From: Nitrospirota bacterium
GTDB taxonomy: Bacteria; Nitrospirota; JACRHJ01
NCBI GenBank assembly: GCA_963845245.1
Contig: CAWJRJ010000037.1
Span: 1 to 55,656, forward strand
Length of the DNA: 55,656 bases
Reading direction: 5' to 3'
The position numbers and the translations under genes were made by a program. How positions within the stretch are numbered: the first letter of the stretch is position 1; each line of letters starts with the position of its first letter. Of the stretch, positions 1 to 8,064 are shown piece by piece. A model generated the notes under the pieces. The model ran no database searches, was not told the origin of the DNA, and saw nothing but the letters and a program-made list of their open reading frames with translations.

Positions 1-10
1 TTCCTCGAAA

Positions 11-1210
11 GTGGGTGTCCGCCTCTGGGATGGCACAAAGTGGCCCGATGCATCGCCAAGAGAGGCCACGCTTGTCCTGAACCACCCGTACTCGCTTCGG
101 GCTATGCTGATCCCGGGTACGGAACTCACCCTCGCTGAGGCTTATATATTTGGCGCAATCGACGTCGAGGGTAACATGGAGGCTGTTTTTACACTGGTGG
201 ACAGGATATTGGAAACGACGTCCGGCTGGAAAAAGAAACTAGGCATTGCATTAGACCTTATGCGGTTTCCAAAACCCGCCAGTTATCTGCAGAACAGGAG
301 AGGGTCTGCGCGGCTTGCAGGCCACCGCCATACGATAGAACGGGACAGGAAATCGGTAACGTACCACTACAACATCTCGAACGACTTTTACCGTCTGTTC
401 CTGGACCAGAGGATGGTCTATTCATGCGCCTATTTCAAGACCGAAGCAGATGAATTGGCCGTGGCGCAGCAGCAGAAGCTGGACTATATCTGCCGAAAAC
501 TCAGATTGAAGCCAGGCCAGAGGCTGCTTGATATCGGATGCGGATGGGGCGGGCTGGTGTTGCACTCTGCCACTCATTTCGGGGTGGAGGTGCAAGGTAT
601 AACCCTCAGCAAACCGCAGGCGGAGCTTGCAAACCAGCGGATAGCAGCGGCTGGTCTTTCCGGCCGGTGCCGGGTGGATGTCGCAGACTACAGGGAGCTG
701 GACGAGGTTTGCAAATATGACGCGCTTGTCAGCGTGGGTATGTTCGAGCATGTTGGTGAAAACATGCTGCCCTCCTATTTCTCGAAGGCGTTCGGGTTGC
801 TCAAACCGGGAGGAGTATTCCTGAACCACGGCATAGCTCGCAACCCGAAATGCCCGGCAAAGGAAGGCCCAGACTTCACGGATGTCTACGTCTTTCCGGA
901 TGGAGAACTTGTGCCGATAAACACGACACTGCGGGCTGCGGAGGATTCAGGATTCGAAGTGCGCGACGTTGAAAGCCTGCGCGAGCATTACACGATGACG
1001 CTGCGCAAATGGGTCGACAACCTCGAGGGACGGCATGGCGATGCAGTGGAGATCACAGACGAGACGACCTACCGCATATGGAGGCTTTACATGGCGGGCT
1101 CGGCGTACTACTTCGACACAGGGAAGAACAACCTCTACCAGACACTTCTCGCAAAGCCCGCTACATGCGGGAGCTGCAGTCTGCCTCTTACCCGCTCAGA
1201 CTGGTACTGA
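11..1210 (+). CDS. cfa: Cyclopropane-fatty-acyl-phospholipid synthase family SAM methyltransferase (N-terminus may lie outside the window)
   Basis: HYNISNDFYRLFLD, YSCAYF, LDIGCGWG, SVGMFEHVG, YVFPDGEL and ESLREHY motifs typical of CMAS/Cfa. Confidence 0.9.
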   Translation: MGVRLWDGTKWPDASPREATLVLNHPYSLRAMLIPGTELTLAEAYIFGAIDVEGNMEAVFTLVDRILETTSGWKKKLGIALDLMRFPKPASYLQNRRGSARLAGHRHTIERDRKSVTYHYNISNDFYRLFLDQRMVYSCAYFKTEADELAVAQQQKLDYICRKLRLKPGQRLLDIGCGWGGLVLHSATHFGVEVQGITLSKPQAELANQRIAAAGLSGRCRVDVADYRELDEVCKYDALVSVGMFEHVGENMLPSYFSKAFGLLKPGGVFLNHGIARNPKCPAKEGPDFTDVYVFPDGELVPINTTLRAAEDSGFEVRDVESLREHYTMTLRKWVDNLEGRHGDAVEITDETTYRIWRLYMAGSAYYFDTGKNNLYQTLLAKPATCGSCSLPLTRSDWY

Positions 1211-1211
1211 T

Positions 1212-1784
1212 TTATTTTCCGGAGACGTGCCTTGCACCCTTCAGGGCGTCAAGCGCCACTTGAAGGTTATGCGAGTCTTTTGAGTCGGTAAGGATGGCAA
1301 CAGACAATAGAAGCTCGCCGGTACCGAGCTGCGCCCTGGTGGCGTATCTGTATTCGCCGGGCTTCAGGTCTTTCTTCGAGAGTGTGAAATAAAACAGGTT
1401 TCCGTCTTTGCGCTTTATCTCCTTGACCTCGTAACTGGCCTCATTCGAGCCGGGAAGCATGTCGCGGCCGTCCCGCTCCAATATTTTCTTCATCCGTGAA
1501 GGGTCGTTAAACCCTTTTTTTTGCGTCATGCTCCATAGGGGAGATATTATCATCTGTACCCGGTCGCCTGATTTCGACGCCAGGGTTATAGTCGGAGGAT
1601 AGCCGCCCTTCGGCTGGTTCACATCCTCTTTCCATGACGCGGGAACAGACATCTCCAGGACCCCGTGCTCCGGCAGGTTGAACCTGCGGGTGATATTTTT
1701 GGCGGAGGCAGGGCCAGGAGCGACCAGCGTGGACAGGAAAAGTGCGGAAACCAGAATAAGAAAAAAACGTGAATTCTTTTGCAT
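1212..1784 (-). CDS. Hypothetical exported protein
   Basis: Internal ATG (MQKNSRFFLIL...) preceded by GAGG; signal-peptide-like N-terminus ending ASA. Confidence 0.75.
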   Translation of the reverse strand: MQKNSRFFLILVSALFLSTLVAPGPASAKNITRRFNLPEHGVLEMSVPASWKEDVNQPKGGYPPTITLASKSGDRVQMIISPLWSMTQKKGFNDPSRMKKILERDGRDMLPGSNEASYEVKEIKRKDGNLFYFTLSKKDLKPGEYRYATRAQLGTGELLLSVAILTDSKDSHNLQVALDALKGARHVSGK

Positions 1785-1821
1785 CTGTGGTACCTCTGTC
1801 AGGTTATTAAGTGTATTTGTA

Positions 1822-1860
1822 ACATTTTGCATAAAGGCAGTGGAAAGTCAACGATTTTCA
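1822..1860 (-). promoter_or_regulatory. Conserved upstream motif copy 1 (TTGACTTTCCACTGCCTTTATGCAAAAT)
   Basis: -35 TTGACT, 16-nt spacer, CAAAAT; similar to five other copies in 2.3-8 kb. Confidence 0.65.
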
Positions 1861-1914
1861 GGGTGTATTCCACCAAAAGGCAGGTGTTGGCGTCGGTGAC
1901 CGGTTTGATGCAGT

Positions 1915-1951
1915 AAAAATAGAGGCCGTCTCATGGACGGCCTCTATTTTT
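1915..1951. terminator. Bidirectional intrinsic terminator
   Basis: AAAAATAGAGGCCGTC...GACGGCCTCTATTTTT inverted repeat with A/T tails. Confidence 0.85.
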
Positions 1952-1974
1952 GTTATATTCCGCTGTGTGGGAGT

Positions 1975-2337
1975 TTAAGGCACTATAACGCCGTTTACGC
2001 GCACGAGGACGGCTGCTGGCCCCTCGTTGTAGACGCGTATGGAGCCGCCGATGTTGAACAGGTCGCCGAGCCTTAGCCCGGTGGTGTAGTTTATGACAAG
2101 GTGTTCGTTTGCAAGGGTGTAATAGCTGTACCTCACCTCGAAGGAATCTATTCCCGGCTGCTTCTCCTGTATGGAAATGAGGCTCGTACCGCCGCCCATG
2201 TTCTCTATGAACACGTCGGTGATAAGCGCCTTCTTTATCTTCGGGTCGACCAGCTCGAAGTACTGGCCTGCGCCTAGCTGGGTCATCGGCTCGCGTGGGA
2301 TATTGAACATCTTGTTGAATTCGGCGACTGTAGGCAA
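1975..2337 (-). CDS. Hypothetical protein (beta-rich)
   Basis: 120-aa ORF, TTG start with GGAGG RBS, followed by terminator. Confidence 0.7.
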   Translation of the reverse strand: MPTVAEFNKMFNIPREPMTQLGAGQYFELVDPKIKKALITDVFIENMGGGTSLISIQEKQPGIDSFEVRYSYYTLANEHLVINYTTGLRLGDLFNIGGSIRVYNEGPAAVLVRVNGVIVP

Positions 2338-2372
2338 GGTCTTCCTCCGTTATGGTTGTGAATAATATACAT

Positions 2373-2405
2373 AAATTCTCATAAAGAAGGAGTTATGTCA
2401 ATATA
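2373..2405 (-). promoter_or_regulatory. Conserved upstream motif, divergent copy (TTGACATAACTCCTTCTTTATGAGAATT)
   Basis: TTGACA plus the CTTTATGAGAA block shared with the 7930 copy. Confidence 0.55.
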
Positions 2406-2445
2406 TTAAAATTTATTGCCGCATGACTGCGGAGGGAGCTAGTAA

Positions 2446-2589
2446 CTACATGAGGATGTCGGACACGGCCTGGGCGATCGCATCCCGCCAGGTGCCTTTT
2501 CGGGTGATCTTGAAATAGCAAACGAACAGGGCTGCCAGGATGAAAAGCACTGAAAGGACAACGAGAATGGTAACAAGGAGGATCTTCAT
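2446..2589 (-). CDS. Small single-pass membrane protein (47 aa)
   Basis: MKILLVTILVVLSVLFILAALFVCYFK hydrophobic helix followed by basic residues. Confidence 0.55.
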   Translation of the reverse strand: MKILLVTILVVLSVLFILAALFVCYFKITRKGTWRDAIAQAVSDILM

Positions 2590-2654
2590 TAGGCTTGCCC
2601 CTGCCCTGGTATTACCCTCATAAGGGGGTAATGGTGGGCTAACATACGGGAGAA

Positions 2655-2679
2655 CCAGAGGGGACGTTGTCCCCTCTGG
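2655..2679. repeat. REP-like palindrome or terminator hairpin
   Basis: CCAGAGGGGAC-GTT-GTCCCCTCTGG. Confidence 0.6.
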
Positions 2680-2693
2680 CACACACGTTGCGT

Positions 2694-3038
2694 TTAATGG
2701 TGATCCCAGTCGCCTCTGTCGCGGTCTCTATCGCGTCGGTCGTCCCGGTCCCAACCGCGGTCCCTGTCCCAGTGGCGTCCCTGATACCTGAATTCCCTCG
2801 GGTAGCGGTCCCTCGGCAAGGCCTGCCAGTCGCCACGATTCCTTGAGCGTGACCAATACCATGCGTCGTTGTTATACCAGTAGTAGTAGCCACCGTGGTA
2901 GTAATATGGGTCCTGGCCCAACTCTACTACTGACGGCAGCGGCGGGGCAACTACGACGGGTTCTCCGTAGCGTCCCGGCACGATACAGGCCCCAAGCACC
3001 GTAGCCGCGAAAAGCAGTGCCAAAAGCAATTTCTTCAT
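2694..3038 (-). CDS. Lipoprotein with one Tyr/Trp-rich repeat module and RD-rich tail (paralog A)
   Basis: Lipobox VLGAC; DPYYYHGGYYYWYNNDAWYWS module; GGAGG RBS. Confidence 0.8.
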   Translation of the reverse strand: MKKLLLALLFAATVLGACIVPGRYGEPVVVAPPLPSVVELGQDPYYYHGGYYYWYNNDAWYWSRSRNRGDWQALPRDRYPREFRYQGRHWDRDRGWDRDDRRDRDRDRGDWDHH

Positions 3039-3101
3039 AGCGCCTCCCACATTATAAGGTCTGCTATAATTTTAGCACAAAAACCAGATTACTCCAGCCG
3101 T

Positions 3102-3404
3102 TCAGGCGGCCTTCTTGCTCTCGGTCTTTTTCAGGTATTCGCTGATATCCTTGAACGAAACTACAGGGAAGCTTTCTATATGGCAGTTGTCCCAGATTAC
3201 CGGGCCCAGCAGGTCGAGAAGCTCCGGGGGCTTGTCTATGTCAAGGAGGAAGTAGCCGCCCCTTATGCCGAGCAGCACGCCGCCGTCCATGAGCTTGCCG
3301 GACTCCTCGATATGCTCCAACTGTTTAGCAAAGTCGGCCTTTATCACGGCCATGTCCGGCTCGGCGATCGTGTCGAACACCTCCCATTTCACGAAGTACT
3401 TCAT
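3102..3404 (-). CDS. Small dimeric alpha/beta-barrel-like protein (DUF3303/muconolactone-isomerase-like), paralog A
   Basis: MKYFVKW start with AGGAGG RBS; ESGKLMDGG...GGYFLLD pattern; paralog at 6978-7313. Confidence 0.7.
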   Translation of the reverse strand: MKYFVKWEVFDTIAEPDMAVIKADFAKQLEHIEESGKLMDGGVLLGIRGGYFLLDIDKPPELLDLLGPVIWDNCHIESFPVVSFKDISEYLKKTESKKAA

Positions 3405-3544
3405 GTGCACCTCCTGCCTGTTACGCATACTTAAATTATAACAGTTTTCGCCCGCTCAGGCAGAGAAAGGAAAATGGGAGAGAGGGGCTATGGATAATGG
3501 AGTAACAAAAGGAGGGCTATGCCGGGGTGCGCGTGAAGGGTGGG

Positions 3545-4132
3545 TCAGCTAAGGCCCAGGCCCGCCTTCATCTGCTGGACTGTGCCGCCGCCCACCTCTT
3601 TTTTGGTGACTTTGCCGTTCTCAAAAAGCAGAAGGGTGGGGACGCCGGGTATGCTGAAATGGCTCCTGGTCTCACTGCATTCCAGGGTATTGAGCTTTAC
3701 AACCTTCACCCTGCCGTCAAGCTCGGCGGCAAGTTTGACCAGCTCGGGTTCGGTGGCTTCGCAAGAAGGGCAGCCCGGTTTCCAGAACTCCACGATAGTC
3801 TGTCCTGATGCGTTCAGTACGTCGTTTTCGAAGTCCTGGTCTGTCGTGCTAATAAGGTTCTGGCCCATGGTCCGGGTCAACGCATCCGTCTGCTTCGAGG
3901 CAACCGGTGGATTTTGCTCATGGTGTGCATGTCCGGCGGAACTCGTGGACGGCTGCGTGCTGTCCCCATCTAACCAGGACCAGATCCTGTCCACCACCGA
4001 CGCTGAGTTATCTGTGGTGGCCAATACCGTCCTCGTGTCCGGGGCGCCCGGTTTCGACGGTTGGTTCATGTACATCAGTACCCCGACGGAGATTGAGATG
4101 ACGACAATTATGGCGAACTTATTCACGAACAC
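3545..4132 (-). CDS. Membrane-anchored thioredoxin-domain protein (CPSC), paralog A
   Basis: N-terminal TM helix, linker, VEFWKPGCPSC, cis-Pro loop GVPT. Confidence 0.85.
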   Translation of the reverse strand: MFVNKFAIIVVISISVGVLMYMNQPSKPGAPDTRTVLATTDNSASVVDRIWSWLDGDSTQPSTSSAGHAHHEQNPPVASKQTDALTRTMGQNLISTTDQDFENDVLNASGQTIVEFWKPGCPSCEATEPELVKLAAELDGRVKVVKLNTLECSETRSHFSIPGVPTLLLFENGKVTKKEVGGGTVQQMKAGLGLS

Positions 4133-4156
4133 CTCGATGTTTAAGTATGCATTTGA

Positions 4157-5053
4157 TCAATCGCGGCCTCTGTCATGGTCGTCGCGGCCCTTATCCTGGT
4201 CGGCGGCGTTTTTATCTTTGTCGCCGTTCTTTTTCTTGTCGGTATCGTCTTTGTTGTCCTTACGTTTTTTGTCCTTGTCCTTGTCCTTGAGTTTTTTATC
4301 TTTATCCTTCAGGTCCTTGTCTTTAGATTTAAGTTCTTTGTCCATCTCTTTGCGGTCTTTGTTCTGTTGGTCGAATTGCCTGTCCTGAACTTTTCGATCG
4401 CGGTCCCTGTTATATTTAAGGTCTTTTTCATTCTGTATGCGGTCGCGGTCCTGTTCTTTCTGTATCCGGTTATTTTCTTTCTTTATTCGATCACGGTCAC
4501 GTTCTTCGAGTTTCTTGTCCTGAACGTCACGGTCCCAGCCACGGTCCCTGTCCCAGTGGCGGCCCTTGTACTTGAACTCCCTCGGGTAGCGGTCCCTGGG
4601 TAGTGGCTTCCAGTCCCTGCTGTCCCTTGAGCGGGAGTAGTACCATGCATCGTTGTTATACCAGTAATAATAACCGCCGCTGCTGTAGTAAGGGTCGTCC
4701 TGGAGTATCACTATGTTCGGCAGTGGTGGCGCAATCGTGACACGTACGTCCACGTCGTCACGGTCCCAGCCGCGGTCCCTGCGCCAGTGGCGGCCCTGGT
4801 ACCTGAACTCGCTCGGGTAGCGGTCCCTCGGCAGCGGTTCCCAGTCCCTGCTGTCCCTGTAGCGGGAGTAGTACCATGCATCGTTGTTGTACCAGTAGTA
4901 GTAGCCGTTGCTGTAGTAGTACGGGTCGCTCTGAAGGACAACGGTCGGCGGGAGCGCCGGTGCCATTACGACTTCCCCGCGCGGGCTGGGCGTTACGACG
5001 CATGCCGTAAGCAGGGACGTGGCCAGAAGTGCTGCGACTAATAAATATCTCAT
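4157..5053 (-). CDS. Lipoprotein with two Tyr/Trp-rich repeat modules and long D/K/R-rich tail (paralog B)
   Basis: Lipobox LLTAC; two YYYWYNNDAWYYSR modules; GGAGG RBS. Confidence 0.8.
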   Translation of the reverse strand: MRYLLVAALLATSLLTACVVTPSPRGEVVMAPALPPTVVLQSDPYYYSNGYYYWYNNDAWYYSRYRDSRDWEPLPRDRYPSEFRYQGRHWRRDRGWDRDDVDVRVTIAPPLPNIVILQDDPYYSSGGYYYWYNNDAWYYSRSRDSRDWKPLPRDRYPREFKYKGRHWDRDRGWDRDVQDKKLEERDRDRIKKENNRIQKEQDRDRIQNEKDLKYNRDRDRKVQDRQFDQQNKDRKEMDKELKSKDKDLKDKDKKLKDKDKDKKRKDNKDDTDKKKNGDKDKNAADQDKGRDDHDRGRD

Positions 5054-5113
5054 TATTCCTCCGTGCTTAAAGTTCCGTTCATATTATCACAAAACAGATA
5101 GTCTGTGGGGAAG

Positions 5114-5464
5114 TTATGAAGAAGAGCGGTTCTTCGGCATCTGCGTGGCATCGGGGATTGTCTTCCTGTTCAGGAAGGTCTCGCAAACCGATGTGACTAT
5201 CTTCTGTGCCTCGTCCGCACCCATCGACGGGGACTCCGCCCACATGATGACGTCGCGGTAGTCGCGCATCGCCGCATCGAGCAGCGAGACGAGCCTGCCA
5301 AGGTCGCCTTCTGATAGTCTCAGGACACAGTACTGGACGCGCTCTCGTTCCTGCTCGTGGTCACCGGCGCCATAGAGGTCGAGGTATCCCAGTATCTCCT
5401 CGGGCGGGTGTGCGGGGAAAAGGCTTGCGGCAAGATCTGCTACTTCTTCTCGCGTGCGTTCCAT
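5114..5464 (-). CDS. Hypothetical protein
   Basis: 116-aa ORF with RVQYCVLRLSEGDL...AMRDYRDVIMWAE; begins directly after a motif copy. Confidence 0.7.
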   Translation of the reverse strand: MERTREEVADLAASLFPAHPPEEILGYLDLYGAGDHEQERERVQYCVLRLSEGDLGRLVSLLDAAMRDYRDVIMWAESPSMGADEAQKIVTSVCETFLNRKTIPDATQMPKNRSSS

Positions 5465-5470
5465 ATGTGT

Positions 5471-5510
5471 AATCTTACATAGATGAGGGTGGAAGTCAAG
5501 TATTTTGGTA
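5471..5510 (-). promoter_or_regulatory. Conserved upstream motif copy (ACCAAAATACTTGACTTCCACCCTCATCTATGTAAGAT)
   Basis: TTGACT-N16-TAAGAT, 7 nt before ATG (leaderless geometry). Confidence 0.65.
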
Positions 5511-5567
5511 TATGGCTCACTTCAGGCGGCTTGGAACGAGGAAGAGCTTTGCCGCAAGATGCGTGTG

Positions 5568-6122
5568 CTATCTTATCCCCAATTCAACCTTGATCTCGTG
5601 GGCCGAGCGCTCTCTTAGCTCTTTTGTGATTTTGCCGTTTTCGAAGAGGAAAATAGTCGGAACCTCGGTTACTGGGAAACGCTTCGTGGTTTCAGGGCAT
5701 TCCTGGGTATTGACCGTTACTATTTTGCACCTGTCGGAGAGCCCGGCAGCGAGGTTTGCCAGTTCCGGTTTCAGCTTGACACAATATTTACAGCCCGGCT
5801 TCCAGAACTCCACAACCACCGGTGCCGGTGAATTAACGACGTCGTTTTCGAAGTCCTGGTCGGTCGTGCTTATAGGCTTCATGGTTGCGGACGTTGTGGA
5901 CTCAGTGGCAGGGGGAGTGTTGTCCTGCACTATCTGTATATTGACAGGAGCAGGGGCTGGAGCTGCATCAGCCTTTATTGCAGGGTTGTCAAACAGCTTC
6001 TTGAAATCGGCGGTAGCCAGAGTCATTGCCTTGTCCGCGCTATCCCGTCTCCCGGGTAATTGAATGTAGATCAGACCTGCGAATGTAAGTATGAGCACGA
6101 CCATTACAGCGAATTTCATCAT
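5568..6122 (-). CDS. Membrane-anchored thioredoxin-domain protein (CKYC), paralog B
   Basis: N-terminal TM; ISTTDQDFENDV and VEFWKPGC shared with paralog A. Confidence 0.85.
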   Translation of the reverse strand: MMKFAVMVVLILTFAGLIYIQLPGRRDSADKAMTLATADFKKLFDNPAIKADAAPAPAPVNIQIVQDNTPPATESTTSATMKPISTTDQDFENDVVNSPAPVVVEFWKPGCKYCVKLKPELANLAAGLSDRCKIVTVNTQECPETTKRFPVTEVPTIFLFENGKITKELRERSAHEIKVELGIR

Positions 6123-6216
6123 AAAGACCTCGATGCTTTAGTTGGAAAAATATGTAAAGTATATATATCAGGTATTATAAGTCAAGAGAAAAAATTCTCG
6201 CGGTAGCCGCATTTTT

Positions 6217-6255
6217 AATCTGTCTAAATGACAGTGGGAGTCAAGGGTTTTGGTG
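6217..6255 (-). promoter_or_regulatory. Conserved upstream motif copy (ACCAAAACCCTTGACTCCCACTGTCATTTAGACAGATT)
   Basis: Matches the motif consensus; a second TTGACT-N16-TATACT promoter lies at ~6158-6185. Confidence 0.6.
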
Positions 6256-6297
6256 TGTGAGAGTGCCGGAAGCGGGATAGAGAGTGGGAGATGCGTC

Positions 6298-6864
6298 TTA
6301 CCATTTCGGGCCGCGCCGCATCAGAATTTCCTCGGCGTCGCGTCTCCATGCCTGGAAACCATTGTACCATTGCATGAGGTCTGATTCCTCCTTCGAGCGA
6401 GTCAGCACAATTTCCTCGCGCCTGGGCGTGGCATTGGGGGTCAGCCGGTCTATGGCCTCGATTGTGCCCTTTATCCTGTCCTTTCGCAAAAATCCGTTAA
6501 AGCGGAACTCGTCTCGTGAGGGTACGCCATTGTGCGTTTTATCGTAGAATTGCCCAAGGGTGAGCCTTGCGCGAAATGTGAGCCGGTGCGTCGCTACGTC
6601 ATAGTCCACGTCCTCAAGCAGGCCGGAGGGTGTGTCGCCTGCAAGCCCTTCCGATGCGAACAGGAAGCCGAACACCTTGTCCCCTTCGCGCCAGAGCTGA
6701 ACGGTGTAGCCGTATGCGTGCTCTTCCGTATAGCGCATGTTGGTGAATTCGCCAATCGGTTCGACTTTGCCTTGGATATAGGCGTGCGCGCCGGTGGCGT
6801 GGAGTAAGAGCGATAGTATTATTGCGCCGAGGAAGAGGATGGTATTAAGGGCAGGCTTTTGCAT
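6298..6864 (-). CDS. Hypothetical exported protein
   Basis: Signal peptide ending AHA; AAGGAG RBS; 188 aa. Confidence 0.75.
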   Translation of the reverse strand: MQKPALNTILFLGAIILSLLLHATGAHAYIQGKVEPIGEFTNMRYTEEHAYGYTVQLWREGDKVFGFLFASEGLAGDTPSGLLEDVDYDVATHRLTFRARLTLGQFYDKTHNGVPSRDEFRFNGFLRKDRIKGTIEAIDRLTPNATPRREEIVLTRSKEESDLMQWYNGFQAWRRDAEEILMRRGPKW

Positions 6865-6883
6865 GGGGCACTCCTTTAACTGT

Positions 6884-6923
6884 TAAATTTGCATAAAGGG
6901 GAGTGGAAGTCAAGGAGTTTGGT
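6884..6923 (-). promoter_or_regulatory. Conserved upstream motif copy (ACCAAACTCCTTGACTTCCACTCCCCTTTATGCAAATT)
   Basis: Near-identical to the copy at 1822-1860. Confidence 0.65.
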
Positions 6924-6947
6924 TTTATAACCCCTATCTGATAAAAC

Positions 6948-6973
6948 AAAAAAGGCGCACGAATTGTGCGCCT
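6948..6973 (-). terminator. Intrinsic terminator
   Basis: AGGCGCAC-loop-GTGCGCCT stem with T-run on the minus strand. Confidence 0.7.
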
Positions 6974-6977
6974 GAGA

Positions 6978-7313
6978 TTACCTCCATTTATGCGGTAACG
7001 CCGCGAGCCTCTTACGCCGCCTTTTTGTACTCCTCCTCATGTACTCGCCGATCTCCTTGAAGGACACGACCGGGTGGACCTCGATATCGAAGTTCTCCCC
7101 GAACGCCCTACCGAGCAGGCCAAGGATTTCAGCGGGTTTTGCCACGTCAAGGATGAAGTAGCCGCCCTGGCTCCCGAGGAGCGAGCCGCCGTCCACCAAC
7201 TTGCCGGACTTCTCGATATGCTCGATCTGCTTACCGATCATTTCCCGCATTACATCGGACTCGGCATCGGAAAGCTTCATACCGAGACAGTTAAATTTAA
7301 CATGATACTTCAT
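6978..7313 (-). CDS. Small alpha/beta-barrel-like protein, paralog B (true stop probably ~7012, ending KKAA like paralog A)
   Basis: EKSGKLVDGG...GGYFILD, PVVSFKEI; AGGAGG RBS; out-of-frame AAAAAGGCGGCGTAA matches the paralog A C-terminus. Confidence 0.7.
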   Translation of the reverse strand: MKYHVKFNCLGMKLSDAESDVMREMIGKQIEHIEKSGKLVDGGSLLGSQGGYFILDVAKPAEILGLLGRAFGENFDIEVHPVVSFKEIGEYMRRSTKRRRKRLAALPHKWR

Positions 7314-7396
7314 ACTTCACCTCCTGCCTCCTACATATAATAATTATATCAGTTTTGGAGGGGTGAGGCAGGCATGTTTATAAAGGGGCGGAAAAA

Positions 7397-7897
7397 TCAT
7401 TGTTGCTTAGCCAGCGCCTCTGCAATGCGTTTGTAGCGCACGTAGTCTACTCCATAAAAGAGCGCGAGAAAGACAACGAATATAAGTGGGAAGAAGCTCA
7501 GTTGCTGGAAGCCATCCCAGGCAACCTTGCCGATGAAGAGAATGATTACGAGGAAGTACCAGTTCAACATACCCGTAAGCACGACGGTGCGTTCCTCCGG
7601 GACATAACGTATCAAGCCGTGCAGGATAGAAGATGAGCGGCGGAAAAAGCCCAACTTTTCCCGTAAGCCGATCTCGTTGGAAGTCAGGGGCTGGAACACA
7701 ATCGCATTGCTCCAGAAACCGCCTGGGAACTCTAGCGCCAGTTTAGCGGCGAGGTTGCCCATGTCCGGCTTGTCCTTCACAGGGATGTGAGACGAGAAGA
7801 CGGGTATCCCGAAGCGAAAGTAGCCTGGGTTGAATGTCACTGAAAAATAGAGTTCCGTGACTACGGTCACGACGATGACAATGGCAAAAAGCTCCAC
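7397..7897 (-). CDS. Hypothetical membrane protein (about 3 TM)
   Basis: Hydrophobic segments; likely GTG start at 7897, since the upstream ATG at 7939 lies inside the promoter motif. Confidence 0.65.
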   Translation of the reverse strand: MELFAIVIVVTVVTELYFSVTFNPGYFRFGIPVFSSHIPVKDKPDMGNLAAKLALEFPGGFWSNAIVFQPLTSNEIGLREKLGFFRRSSSILHGLIRYVPEERTVVLTGMLNWYFLVIILFIGKVAWDGFQQLSFFPLIFVVFLALFYGVDYVRYKRIAEALAKQQ

Positions 7898-7929
7898 AGA
7901 CTCGGCCCTCTGTGTAGTTGAATATAGCC

Positions 7930-7969
7930 AAGTTCTCATAAAGGAATGTTGGAAGTCAATCCATTTGTT
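7930..7969 (-). promoter_or_regulatory. Conserved upstream motif copy (TTGACTTCCAACATTCCTTTATGAGAACT)
   Basis: Matches consensus; divergent from the uvrA promoter region. Confidence 0.6.
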
Positions 7970-8064
7970 CGCTTACGTATCCCCTTGCCCTTGTACCCCT
8001 CTATCTGATAAAATAAAAGTTTCGCTCTACTTATTCACGAAACGGCTTTAAGGAAACATGCAAT

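Noticed and set aside
3540..4603. Long plus-strand ORFs (3540-4388, 4175-4603)
   Set aside because: Antisense shadows of the thioredoxin and low-complexity lipoprotein genes
1212..7969. Classical integron cassette array
   Set aside because: No RYYYAAC...GTTRRRY attC hairpins seen downstream of the genes and no integrase in the window; the genes carry their own promoter-like signals
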